Positions 27,437 through 36,430 of a DNA stretch of 54,311 bases are shown here, in pieces. Below the pieces are notes generated by a model, which saw only the letters and a list, made by a program, of their open reading frames with translations, was not told where the DNA came from and made no database searches. Each line of letters opens with the position of its first letter. Within the stretch, counting starts at the first letter, position 1. This DNA is from Clostridia bacterium (lineage in GTDB: Bacteria > Bacillota > Clostridia > Oscillospirales > JAAYXM01), in NCBI GenBank assembly GCA_017559855.1, contig JAFYQP010000005.1:1-54311 (forward strand), written 5' to 3'. Position numbers and translations under genes: made by a program.

Positions 27437-29788
27437 ATGAAGGATTGGGGCAAGAAAATTAAATTTTTTGACGGAGGCACCGGAAGTCTGCTTTTTGAAG
27501 CGGGACTTAAGCCCGGTATCCCGCCCGAAACGTGGAATATAGAGCATCCTGAAGTGTTGTGCGATATTCACGCCCGCTATTTTAATGCGGGTGCGGATTA
27601 CGTTATGGCGAATACTTTCGGTGCCAACAGAATAAAACTTAAAGACTGCAAATATTCTCTTGAAGAAATAATCACCGCCGCAATTAAAAACGCAAAAAGT
27701 GCGGGAGCAGGTAAAGTTGCTCTTGATATCGGACCTACCGGAAAACTGCTTAAACCCTTGGGAGACCTTGATTTCGAGGATGCAGTATCGGTTTTTGCCG
27801 AGGTGGTTGAAATCGGTGCACGTGCAGGTGCGGACGTAGTTCACATTGAAACTATGAGCGATACGTACGAACTTAAGGCGGCGGTACTTGCGGCTAAAGA
27901 AAACTGCGATTTGCCGGTTTTTGCAACCGTTGTTTTTGATGAAAATGGCAAACTTTTAACCGGTGGCGATATCCCTACGGTTGTGGCACTTTTAGAGGGG
28001 CTCGGCGTAGACGCAATCGGTATGAATTGCGGCCTCGGCCCGATTCAAATGAAGGAACTTGCCCGTGAAATGGTAAAGATTTCAAATCTTCCCGTGATAG
28101 TTAATCCCAATGCGGGACTCCCCCGTCAGGTTGGAGATAAAACCGTTTACGATATTGATGCGGACACCTTCGCCGAAACCATGGCGGAAATTACATCACT
28201 TGGCGTATGGGCGGTTGGCGGTTGTTGCGGCACAACGCCGGAGCATATTGAGAAAACCGTATCCCTTTGTCGTGATATTATCCCCTGCCCTATTGAAAAA
28301 AAGGAGAGATGCGTCGTTACGTCCTACAGTAAGGCGGTCTTAATTGACGACTCACCCGTTATCGTCGGTGAGAGAATAAATCCCACGGGTAAAAAACGCT
28401 TCAAAGAAGCACTTAAAACCAGCGACATTGACTACATCCTGCGTGAAGGCGTGGCACAGGTCAAGGCGGGTGCCCATATTTTAGACGTAAACGTGGGCCT
28501 TCCCGAAATTGACGAAAAAGAAATGCTTATAAAAGTGAGCGAAGGATTGCAAGCGGTTTGCGACCTGCCGCTTCAACTTGATACCTCTGATCCGATTGCC
28601 CTTGAGGCGGCACTTCGCAGATACAATGGCAAGGCGCTTATAAACTCGGTAAACGGTAAAGAGGAAGTTATGGCACAAGTCTTCCCCATCGTAAAAAAAT
28701 ACGGTGGTGTTGTGGTTGGTCTTACCTTGGACGAAAAAGGCATTCCCGCAACCGCAGAGGGAAGATACGAAATTGCGGAACGAATCGTAAAATGTGCAGA
28801 AAAGTACGGTATATCCAAAGAAAATATAATTATTGACGTACTTTGTATGACAATAAGTACCGATGCGTGTGGTGCAAAGACAACACTACGAGCACTTTCT
28901 CTCGTTAAAGAGCGACTTGGAGTAAAAACCATTCTCGGCGTATCAAATATTTCCTTCGGTCTCCCCCGCCGTGAGGTTGTAAATGCGGGATTTTTTGCCC
29001 TCGCTTTGCAAAAGGGGCTTGACGCAGGCATTATAAATCCCAATAATGAGGCGATGATGAATTCATATTTTGCATATCGTGCACTTTATGCCAAAGATGC
29101 AAATTGTGCCGACTATATTGCAAGATACGCAAATGAAACCGAGGAAAAGCCGAAAGTTACGGGAAGTTTGACCTTATCTCAGGCTATCGAGTCCGGACTG
29201 AAAGAGGATTCTTACAAATTGGCGTCGGAATTATTACAAGAGTTTACCCCTCTTGAGGTTATAAATGAACATCTGGTACCCGCATTGGACAGGGTGGGTG
29301 TGGGCTTTGAAAAGGGAGAGGTATTCCTACCGCAACTTTTAATGAGTGCCGAGGCGGCAAGTGCAGGGTTCGATGCGGTTAAGGAGCAAATCTTAAAAAG
29401 CGGAGAAACCCCTGAAATTAAAGGCGAAATTTTACTCGCTACCGTAAAGGGCGATATTCATGATATAGGTAAAAATATTGTAAAAGTCCTTTTGGAAAAC
29501 TACGGTTACCGTGTGTATGATCTTGGAAAAGACGTATCACCTGAGGCGATTTTACAGGCGGTAGGGGAAAAAGGAATTACTCTCGTAGGACTTTCCGCAC
29601 TTATGACAACAACCGTACCCGCAATGGCGGAAACCATAAAATTACTCCGTGAAAAGTGCCCGAATACCAAGATAATGGTAGGCGGTGCGGTGTTAAGCGG
29701 CGAATATGCAGAAACAATCGGTGCAGATTTTTACGGAAAAGATGCTATGAGCGGAGTACATGCCGCAGAAAAACACTTTGGTAAGTAG
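27437..29788 (+). CDS. metH: Cobalamin-dependent methionine synthase (Hcy-binding, pterin-binding, cap and B12-binding domains; no activation domain)
   Basis: FDGGTG, ANTFGAN, GMNCGLGP, GGCCGTTPEHI, GERINPTGK, LGVSNISFGLP, ATVKGDIHDIGKN (DxHxxG), LSALMTTT. Confidence 0.93.
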   Translation: MKDWGKKIKFFDGGTGSLLFEAGLKPGIPPETWNIEHPEVLCDIHARYFNAGADYVMANTFGANRIKLKDCKYSLEEIITAAIKNAKSAGAGKVALDIGPTGKLLKPLGDLDFEDAVSVFAEVVEIGARAGADVVHIETMSDTYELKAAVLAAKENCDLPVFATVVFDENGKLLTGGDIPTVVALLEGLGVDAIGMNCGLGPIQMKELAREMVKISNLPVIVNPNAGLPRQVGDKTVYDIDADTFAETMAEITSLGVWAVGGCCGTTPEHIEKTVSLCRDIIPCPIEKKERCVVTSYSKAVLIDDSPVIVGERINPTGKKRFKEALKTSDIDYILREGVAQVKAGAHILDVNVGLPEIDEKEMLIKVSEGLQAVCDLPLQLDTSDPIALEAALRRYNGKALINSVNGKEEVMAQVFPIVKKYGGVVVGLTLDEKGIPATAEGRYEIAERIVKCAEKYGISKENIIIDVLCMTISTDACGAKTTLRALSLVKERLGVKTILGVSNISFGLPRREVVNAGFFALALQKGLDAGIINPNNEAMMNSYFAYRALYAKDANCADYIARYANETEEKPKVTGSLTLSQAIESGLKEDSYKLASELLQEFTPLEVINEHLVPALDRVGVGFEKGEVFLPQLLMSAEAASAGFDAVKEQILKSGETPEIKGEILLATVKGDIHDIGKNIVKVLLENYGYRVYDLGKDVSPEAILQAVGEKGITLVGLSALMTTTVPAMAETIKLLREKCPNTKIMVGGAVLSGEYAETIGADFYGKDAMSGVHAAEKHFGK

Positions 29789-29818
29789 AAAAACCGCTAA
29801 ATTTAAATTCAAATTTTC

Positions 29819-29847
29819 TTGACATTTGGTATAAAAAGAACTAAAAT
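29819..29847 (+). promoter_or_regulatory. Putative sigma-A promoter about 300 nt upstream of rny
   Basis: TTGACA-17 nt-TAAAAT. Confidence 0.7.
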
Positions 29848-30149
29848 GAATATGTATGCAAGTATGCATAGCCGGATTGTGGCTTTAATATATGATATAA
29901 CATCATAAAATTACAAAAACATGACGGTATAATTCCGAATTTAAACCCCTGGAAAAGATGGTGTTTTGGGGGAATATCGGGATTTTTCGGAACATTGGCA
30001 CAGGAATATTTAATTAGACGGAAATTCCTGTAAGTTATAAGTAATTCGTAACAAAGGTAGGATTTTAACTATAAACTTGCAAAATTTAATCGATTGAATA
30101 TTTGGGTGTCCGTGTTCCCTCTTAAAATTTTTAACAGGAGGTGCACGAT

Positions 30150-31706
30150 ATGTTTACAGATCCGTTGTTTTGGATCATTACCGCAGGCGTTGCAGTTGTT
30201 TTTTCGGTAGTTTTCTTTATCATCGGCAGTTCACATCGCAGAAAAATCGCAGAAAAAGCGATTGGCAGTGCTGAAGAAGAAGCAAAACGCATTGTAAACG
30301 AAGCAATCAAAGCGGCAGAAAACAAAAAGCGTGAAACGCTTATCGAAACAAAAGAAGAAATCCACAAAAACCGTGCGGAGTTCGACCGTGAAATGAAAGA
30401 ACGCCGTGCAGAAGTTCAGAAGCAAGAGCGTCGTATCACCCAGAAAGAGGAAACGCTCGACAAAAAGTATGAGACTTTGGAAGCAAAAGAGGCTACTCTT
30501 GCGGAAAAAATCGCAAAGACCGAAAAGGCGTCCGAAGAGGTTGCTCTTTTAAAGAGATCGCAACTTGAAATGCTTGAAAAAATCTCCGGCTACACCGCAG
30601 AAGAGGCAAAGCGTGACCTTATTTCCGCACTTGAGTCCGAGGTTCGTCATGAGTACGCTATGCGTATAAAGGACATTGAGGATCAGTTTAAGGAAGAGTC
30701 AGAGCAGAAGGCACGTGAACTCCTTTCCCTTGCTATTCAGAAGTGTGCAGCGGACCACGTTGCAGAGGCTACCGTTTCCGTTGTTCCCCTTCCCAACGAT
30801 GAAATGAAGGGACGAATCATCGGCCGTGAAGGTAGAAATATCCGTACACTTGAGACACTTACAGGTGTTGACCTGATTATCGACGATACTCCCGAGGCAA
30901 TTACTTTATCAAGTTTTGACCCGGTTCGTCGTGAAATCGCAAGACTTTCACTTGAAAAACTCATTGCGGACGGTCGTATTCATCCGGCACGCATTGAGGA
31001 AATGGTTGAAAAGGCTCGCCGTGAGGTAGAGCAGGTTATTAAGCAGGAAGGCGACCGTGCTACATTCGAAACAGGTGTTCACGGAATCAATCCTGAAATT
31101 GTCAGACTTCTCGGTAAACTCCGTTTCCGTACAAGTTACGGACAGAACGTACTTATGCATTCTATCGAGGTTTCACACGTTGCAGGTCTTCTTGCGGCGG
31201 AACTCGGTGTTGATATTATGATGGCAAAGCGTGCCGGTCTTCTCCACGATATCGGCAAGGCGGTTGACCATGAGGTTGAAGGCTCCCATATCTCCATCGG
31301 TGTTGACATCGCAAAGAAGTATAAGGAATGTGAGGACGTTGTTCACGCAATTGAGGCACATCACGGTGACGTTGAGGCGAGAACGGTTATCGCTTGTCTC
31401 GTTCAAGCGGCAGATGCCATCTCCGCTGCACGTCCGGGTGCTCGTCGTGAAAACTTAGAGAACTATATTAAGCGACTTGAAAAACTTGAGGAACTTTCAA
31501 ACTCCTTCCCCGGTGTTGAGCGTTCATATGCAATTCAGGCAGGTCGTGAAATCAGAATTATTGTTAAACCCGATGAGGTTAACGATGATGAGATGATTCT
31601 TCTCTCCCGTGACCTTGCAAAGAAGGTTGAAGAGGAACTTGATTATCCGGGCCAGATTAAGATTCACTTAATCCGTGAAACCCGTGCGATTGAGTTTGCA
31701 AAGTAA
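30150..31706 (+). CDS. rny: Ribonuclease Y
   Basis: N-terminal TM, coiled coil, KH ([13 protein letters not shown]), HD (LLHDIGK), [15 protein letters not shown]; ATG 30150 follows RBS AGGAGGTG. Confidence 0.97.
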   Translation: MFTDPLFWIITAGVAVVFSVVFFIIGSSHRRKIAEKAIGSAEEEAKRIVNEAIKAAENKKRETLIETKEEIHKNRAEFDREMKERRAEVQKQERRITQKEETLDKKYETLEAKEATLAEKIAKTEKASEEVALLKRSQLEMLEKISGYTAEEAKRDLISALESEVRHEYAMRIKDIEDQFKEESEQKARELLSLAIQKCAADHVAEATVSVVPLPNDEMKGRIIGREGRNIRTLETLTGVDLIIDDTPEAITLSSFDPVRREIARLSLEKLIADGRIHPARIEEMVEKARREVEQVIKQEGDRATFETGVHGINPEIVRLLGKLRFRTSYGQNVLMHSIEVSHVAGLLAAELGVDIMMAKRAGLLHDIGKAVDHEVEGSHISIGVDIAKKYKECEDVVHAIEAHHGDVEARTVIACLVQAADAISAARPGARRENLENYIKRLEKLEELSNSFPGVERSYAIQAGREIRIIVKPDEVNDDEMILLSRDLAKKVEEELDYPGQIKIHLIRETRAIEFAK

Positions 31707-31713
31707 ATGAAGA

Positions 31714-31761
31714 AAAAGGTGCAACAGAGATAGAAGAACATCCTGTTGCACCTATCTTTTT
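31714..31761 (+). terminator. Terminator-like hairpin after rny
   Basis: AGGTGCAACAG...CTGTTGCACCT 11-bp stem followed by ATCTTTTT. Confidence 0.7.
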
Positions 31762-31785
31762 AATTTGAAATAAGTAGGTGATACC

Positions 31786-32040
31786 GTGAAAAAATGGTAT
31801 ATCTGGCTCATTTTGGCATTGATTTTTGCACTCGACGGGGTGCAGCAGTTTATAAGCGGCGGAAATGTGCTGAGCCGTGTTATTCAGGTGGTTATAGCGG
31901 TAGTTCTTGCAATTACCCAATACATATGCGATAAAAAAGGGGAAAGGGGAGTGCGAGTATTTAAGTATATTTGTATGGTGTTGACTATTATAATTGTGAC
32001 AGTTCTCCTTTTTCTTATTATTAAAACATTTTTAATCTAA
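31786..32040 (+). CDS. Small hypothetical membrane protein (about 3 TM)
   Basis: GTG start with RBS AGGTGA; three hydrophobic segments; fills the rny-ymdB gap. Confidence 0.7.
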   Translation: MKKWYIWLILALIFALDGVQQFISGGNVLSRVIQVVIAVVLAITQYICDKKGERGVRVFKYICMVLTIIIVTVLLFLIIKTFLI

Positions 32041-32060
32041 AATGAAAGGGTGCATTTACC

Positions 32061-32837
32061 TTGAATATTTTGGCAATTGGTGACGTCGTAGGTGAAATTG
32101 GCGTTGAAGCACTTGAAAAGTCCCTTCGCAAAATAAAAGAAGAAAATAAGGCGGACTTCGTGGTGGTAAACGGTGAAAACTCCGCAGGTGTGGGAATTAC
32201 CCCACAACTCGCACACAGGATTTACAATGCGGGTGCGGATGTTATAACCTTGGGCAACCACGTGTGGGGAAAGCGTGATATCGCAAGGTTTTTAGACGAG
32301 GATGGGTATATTCTCCGCCCTGCGAATTTGGCAGATATTGCACCGGGCAGGGGATACGGAATTTTCCAAGTAAAGGGCAAAATGATCTGCGTTATAAATC
32401 TTATCGGCAGATGCGGAATGGATTTTGGCCCTGATAACCCATTTACTTGCATAACCCGAATTTTAAAGGAAACCGCACATCATGCGGACTTTACCGTAAT
32501 TGACTTCCATGCGGGAGCAACGAGCGAGAAAATAGCAATGGCATATCACGTAGACGGCAAGGTAGCGGCACTTTGGGGCACACATACTCACGTACAGACC
32601 GCGGATGAGAGGGTTTTCCCCAATGGCCTTGGTTACATAACCGATATTGGAATGACAGGCCCGATTGATTCCGTGCTCGGTGTACGTCCGGAGCAGTCGG
32701 TGCGTATGTTCAAAGGCGATGTGCCGGTTAGATTTGAAACAGCAACGGGACCGTGCAGTATTTGCGGTGCGGTATTTTCCCTTGATGATAATTTAAAATG
32801 CCGAGAGGTAAAAAGAATTCAGTTTTTAAGAGGATGA
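32061..32837 (+). CDS. ymdB: YmdB-family 2',3'-cyclic nucleotide phosphodiesterase
   Basis: GDVVG, NGENSAG, TLGNH, LRPAN, DFHA, TSEK, GTHTHVQTAD, ITDIGMTG. Confidence 0.92.
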   Translation: MNILAIGDVVGEIGVEALEKSLRKIKEENKADFVVVNGENSAGVGITPQLAHRIYNAGADVITLGNHVWGKRDIARFLDEDGYILRPANLADIAPGRGYGIFQVKGKMICVINLIGRCGMDFGPDNPFTCITRILKETAHHADFTVIDFHAGATSEKIAMAYHVDGKVAALWGTHTHVQTADERVFPNGLGYITDIGMTGPIDSVLGVRPEQSVRMFKGDVPVRFETATGPCSICGAVFSLDDNLKCREVKRIQFLRG

Positions 32838-32843
32838 TGTAAG

Positions 32844-33902
32844 ATGCTTAAAATAATCCACGCAGCGGATTTGCATTTAGACAGTGCTTTTGCGGCACTT
32901 AATAACGACCAGGCACGGGAGCGACGTGCACATCAAAGAGAACTTGTCCACAAGATTATTGAAATCGGCAATGAGGAGCAGGTGGATATTATCCTTTTGG
33001 CGGGAGATTTATTTGACGGACAAAACGCATATTACGAGACCGCGGAGGCACTTTCCACCGCCTTTGCGAAAAGCCGTGCAAAAATCTTCATTTCTCCCGG
33101 CAACCACGACGCCTACGTGCGAAATTCTCCCTATCGCTCGGTTAAATTCAGCGATAACGTGCATATATTTACAAACGAGCAGATTGAAAGAATTCCCATT
33201 CCGGAACTTGATTGTGTGGTTTACGGTGCAGGATTTTCAACCCCTGCTTGTGAAAGGTCGCTTTTAGAGGGTTTTTCCGCAAATGACGATGCAATAAAAC
33301 TTATGGTACTACACGGCGAGGTTACAAATGCCGTGTCAAAATACAACCCCATAACGTTATCACAGATTGCAGAAAGTAATCTTACGTATCTCGCCTTAGG
33401 ACATATCCATATGACCGAGGGTGTTAAAACCGCGGGTAATACCTGCTATGCCTATTCCGGTGCACCTGAAGGCAGAGGTTTTGACGAAACCGGTGATAAG
33501 GGTATTTATATCGGCACAATTTCCCGTGACAGCGTGAATTTGGAGTTCCGCAAAGTGTCCCCTTATGTATATACGGAAAGTATAATAGATGCAAAAATAA
33601 ACGAAATAGAAAAGAATTTGGAAGGGGATCATTCCTTTGAAGTTTGCCGTCTTATTATAGAGGGTGTAAGCGAGGGAATAGATTGTGATGCCCTTTGGGA
33701 AAAATTCGGCAAGAATTTTTATAAACTTACCATTGTTGACAGAACGACGCCGCCCTTTGACGTATGGGAAGGTTTGGAGGAAGAGAGTATCAAGGGAATG
33801 TTTTTAAGAAAACTTAAATCTCTTGATATTGACGATGAACTTCGTGAGAAGGCGGCGTTTTACGGCGTTTCCGCCATTGAAAACAGGGAGGGCAGAAAAT
33901 GA
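32844..33902 (+). CDS. Mre11/SbcD-like metallophosphoesterase nuclease (YhaO-like)
   Basis: HAADLHLD, AGDLFD, PGNHD, LHG, YLALGHIH, GAPEGRGFDETG. Confidence 0.88.
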   Translation: MLKIIHAADLHLDSAFAALNNDQARERRAHQRELVHKIIEIGNEEQVDIILLAGDLFDGQNAYYETAEALSTAFAKSRAKIFISPGNHDAYVRNSPYRSVKFSDNVHIFTNEQIERIPIPELDCVVYGAGFSTPACERSLLEGFSANDDAIKLMVLHGEVTNAVSKYNPITLSQIAESNLTYLALGHIHMTEGVKTAGNTCYAYSGAPEGRGFDETGDKGIYIGTISRDSVNLEFRKVSPYVYTESIIDAKINEIEKNLEGDHSFEVCRLIIEGVSEGIDCDALWEKFGKNFYKLTIVDRTTPPFDVWEGLEEESIKGMFLRKLKSLDIDDELREKAAFYGVSAIENREGRK

Positions 33903-35968
33903 TAATAAAGACAATGTATGCCACTTTCGGCAAATTGGATGAAGCCCGCCTTGACTTAAGTGAGGGAATGAACGTACTGTATGGCGAAAATGAATCGGGA
34001 AAATCCACGTGGAGTGCGTTTCTCCGTGTAATGTTATACGGTATCTCCACAAAAGAGAGAACAAAGACCGGCGTTATGGCGGACAAGGACAAATTTCTTC
34101 CCTGGGCGGGTAAACCAATGTACGGCAAAATTGAGTTTTCCCTAGACGGCAAAGACTATATTTTGGAACGTACATCGGGCAAAGGAAAGGTTCTGCAAGA
34201 TGCAAAAATTACAGAAGTTGAAACCGGAAAGGTTCTTGATATTCCTGAACCCGTGGGTGAAACTCTGCTTGGCATACGCCGGGAGGTTTTTGAACGCACT
34301 TCTTTTATCGGTCAGGCACAAATTGCGGTAAGCGGAGATAAAACCGGCGAACTTGAAAAGCGAATCTGTGCTCTTGCAACAACCGGCGAAGAGGACGTGT
34401 CACAAAAGCAGGTGATAGACCGCTTAGAGAGGGAAAAACGTGCTCTTAAATACAACAAGCGGAGCGGTGAAATCCTGGAACTTGAAGATGAACTTACCAA
34501 ACTGAACAAAACGATTGACGAGGCACAAAGAGAGGCGTTTGAACTTACCACCCTGCACACCGAAATCCAGGCCCTCCGTGAAAAAGAGGAGAGGGCATTG
34601 GGTGATATTGAGAGGGCAAAAGTCCTTGAAGCACGTCGGAATTTAGAATATATAAAAGTTGCTCAAAATGAATTGGAAGAGGCACGTGCAGAACTTAAAT
34701 CCCTCGAAGAGCAGGAAACCGTCACACCGCAACAAGCATCAGAAATCGAAGCAAAGTATAAACAATACGAAGAAAAGATGAGAATTTATACAAATTGTTG
34801 TGAAAGATTAGATGGCGAGTCACCTGCAGAGCAGCAGGAAATTCCGGATGGACCGGGTACAAAACCCGTGATTTCAGCGGCAATTTGTGGGCTAGTGTCC
34901 CTTGCGTTGTACTTTTTGATAGGACTTTTTGCAATTCCCGTTGCCGTTTTAACTTTTGCGGTAGTATATTTTGCGGCAGTAAGTGCATTTTATAAAAAAT
35001 ACGGTGTAAAAAATCGTGGTGAACTTAATTTAATGCGTGAGGATGCGGCTAAAAAGGTAAGAACCCTTGAGATTTTGCAGGAAGACTGTGCCCGTGCAAA
35101 AGGTGAATGTGATGCTGCCGAAGAAACCCTTAAGGCAATACTTAATATGTTGGGTGGAGGATACTCTGTAGCGGACGTGCCGCAGATCCTTGAAAACGTA
35201 AGAGAATACCAACTTAAATTAAAAGCCCTTTCACAAAAGGTGGAGACTTGCACCGCAAAATGCGATGCGGTAAAAGTTGGCCGTGATATAGAAGAACTTG
35301 AAACTTTGGCGGAAAAATCGATAAATGACGAAACTCCCTGTGCAAGTGAAGAACAACTCCGCACAATCTGCACCCGTGCACGGGAGGAAAGTGAGGTCAG
35401 AGCCCGTCAACTTGCCGCTCTTGAGGAGCGAATTTGCGCAAGGGGAGAATTGGGAGCACTTCAGGCAAGACGCTCCGCTGTTGAAGAGGAACTTGCTGAG
35501 AAAAATAAAAATTACGAGGCACTAAGCCTTGCAAGTCAACTTATCACCGAACTGCAAACGGAACTTGCACGAAAATTTGCCCCCACGGTTGAAAAGGCTG
35601 CGGCGGAGATTTTCGGCTACTTAACCGGCGAGCGGTTTAAAGTTGTAAATATTGAGAATGCTGATATGGCACTGAGCGTTGCGGAAAATCCGGCATCCCC
35701 CACACGAAATATCCTTCAACTCTCAGGGGGTACGTTGGATGAACTGTATTTATCCGTGCGACTTGCCTTGTGTGAGGCACTGCTTGATAAAAAGGTGCCG
35801 ATTTTTCTTGATGATGCCCTTGTTAACTTTGATGATGCAAGAGTCGAAAAAATGCTGACCTTGCTTAAAAAGTTATCAAATGATAGGCAAATCGTGGTTT
35901 TCTCCTGTCATTTAAGGGAGCAAGAGTTTGCAAAACGGAACAATATTACCGGCGGAACAGTTAAATAA
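33899..35968 (+). CDS. Rad50/SbcC-like coiled-coil ABC ATPase (YhaN-like) with central transmembrane hairpin
   Basis: FGKL, GENESGKST Walker A, long coiled coils, central hydrophobic stretch, LSGG signature, IFLDD Walker B, FSCH; overlaps the nuclease gene by 4 nt. Confidence 0.85.
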   Translation: MIIKTMYATFGKLDEARLDLSEGMNVLYGENESGKSTWSAFLRVMLYGISTKERTKTGVMADKDKFLPWAGKPMYGKIEFSLDGKDYILERTSGKGKVLQDAKITEVETGKVLDIPEPVGETLLGIRREVFERTSFIGQAQIAVSGDKTGELEKRICALATTGEEDVSQKQVIDRLEREKRALKYNKRSGEILELEDELTKLNKTIDEAQREAFELTTLHTEIQALREKEERALGDIERAKVLEARRNLEYIKVAQNELEEARAELKSLEEQETVTPQQASEIEAKYKQYEEKMRIYTNCCERLDGESPAEQQEIPDGPGTKPVISAAICGLVSLALYFLIGLFAIPVAVLTFAVVYFAAVSAFYKKYGVKNRGELNLMREDAAKKVRTLEILQEDCARAKGECDAAEETLKAILNMLGGGYSVADVPQILENVREYQLKLKALSQKVETCTAKCDAVKVGRDIEELETLAEKSINDETPCASEEQLRTICTRAREESEVRARQLAALEERICARGELGALQARRSAVEEELAEKNKNYEALSLASQLITELQTELARKFAPTVEKAAAEIFGYLTGERFKVVNIENADMALSVAENPASPTRNILQLSGGTLDELYLSVRLALCEALLDKKVPIFLDDALVNFDDARVEKMLTLLKKLSNDRQIVVFSCHLREQEFAKRNNITGGTVK

Positions 35969-36002
35969 AATGAGAAATTTTTAAGAAAATCGCGTATTAC
36001 TA

Positions 36003-36031
36003 TTGAGTTTTTTTAAAAAATATAATAAAAT
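36003..36031 (+). promoter_or_regulatory. Putative promoter of asp23-fakA
   Basis: TTGAGT-17 nt-TAAAAT. Confidence 0.5.
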
Positions 36032-36067
36032 AAGATGATGTATCAGCATTTATGAAGGAGGATTGCT

Positions 36068-36415
36068 ATGACTATTCAGAGAGATAAAGGCGTAATTGAT
36101 ATATCAAATGAAGTCCTTACCGTGATGAGCGGCTATGTGGCAACCAACTGCTTCGGCGTAAAAGGTATGGCACAGCGTAACGTAAAGGACGGCATTGTTG
36201 GTCTTCTTAAAAAAGAGCATATGGCACGTGGCGTCAAAATTGATTTTGACGAGGACAGTGTTATCATTGAGATTCATATCGTTGTTGAACATGGCGTTAA
36301 CATCCCTGCGGTGTGTCAGTCCATTATGTCCGAGGTACGCTATAATATTGAGCGTTTTACCAAGGTGAAGGTCAAGGAGGTTAACGTTTGCGTTGACTCC
36401 ATGATGGCCGAGTAA
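36068..36415 (+). CDS. Asp23/Gls24 family protein (YloU-like)
   Basis: GVIDISNEV..CFGVKGMA..GVKI..IVVEHGVNI..VNVCV; upstream of a DAK2 gene. Confidence 0.9.
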   Translation: MTIQRDKGVIDISNEVLTVMSGYVATNCFGVKGMAQRNVKDGIVGLLKKEHMARGVKIDFDEDSVIIEIHIVVEHGVNIPAVCQSIMSEVRYNIERFTKVKVKEVNVCVDSMMAE

Positions 36416-36430
36416 TCGGAGGTGCAAAAT

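Noticed and set aside
26917-29788. Split methionine synthase as a novelty
   Set aside because: A separate reactivation domain is well known in Thermotoga and Clostridia.
29846-29908. 20-codon ORF MNMYASMHSRIVALIYDITS in the rny leader
   Set aside because: It starts within the predicted -10 element and has no RBS; cannot be supported without ribosome profiling.
34001-34016. TCCACGTGGA core resembling parS inside the ATPase gene
   Set aside because: The flanking TGT/ACA arms are missing; explained by the Walker A coding sequence.
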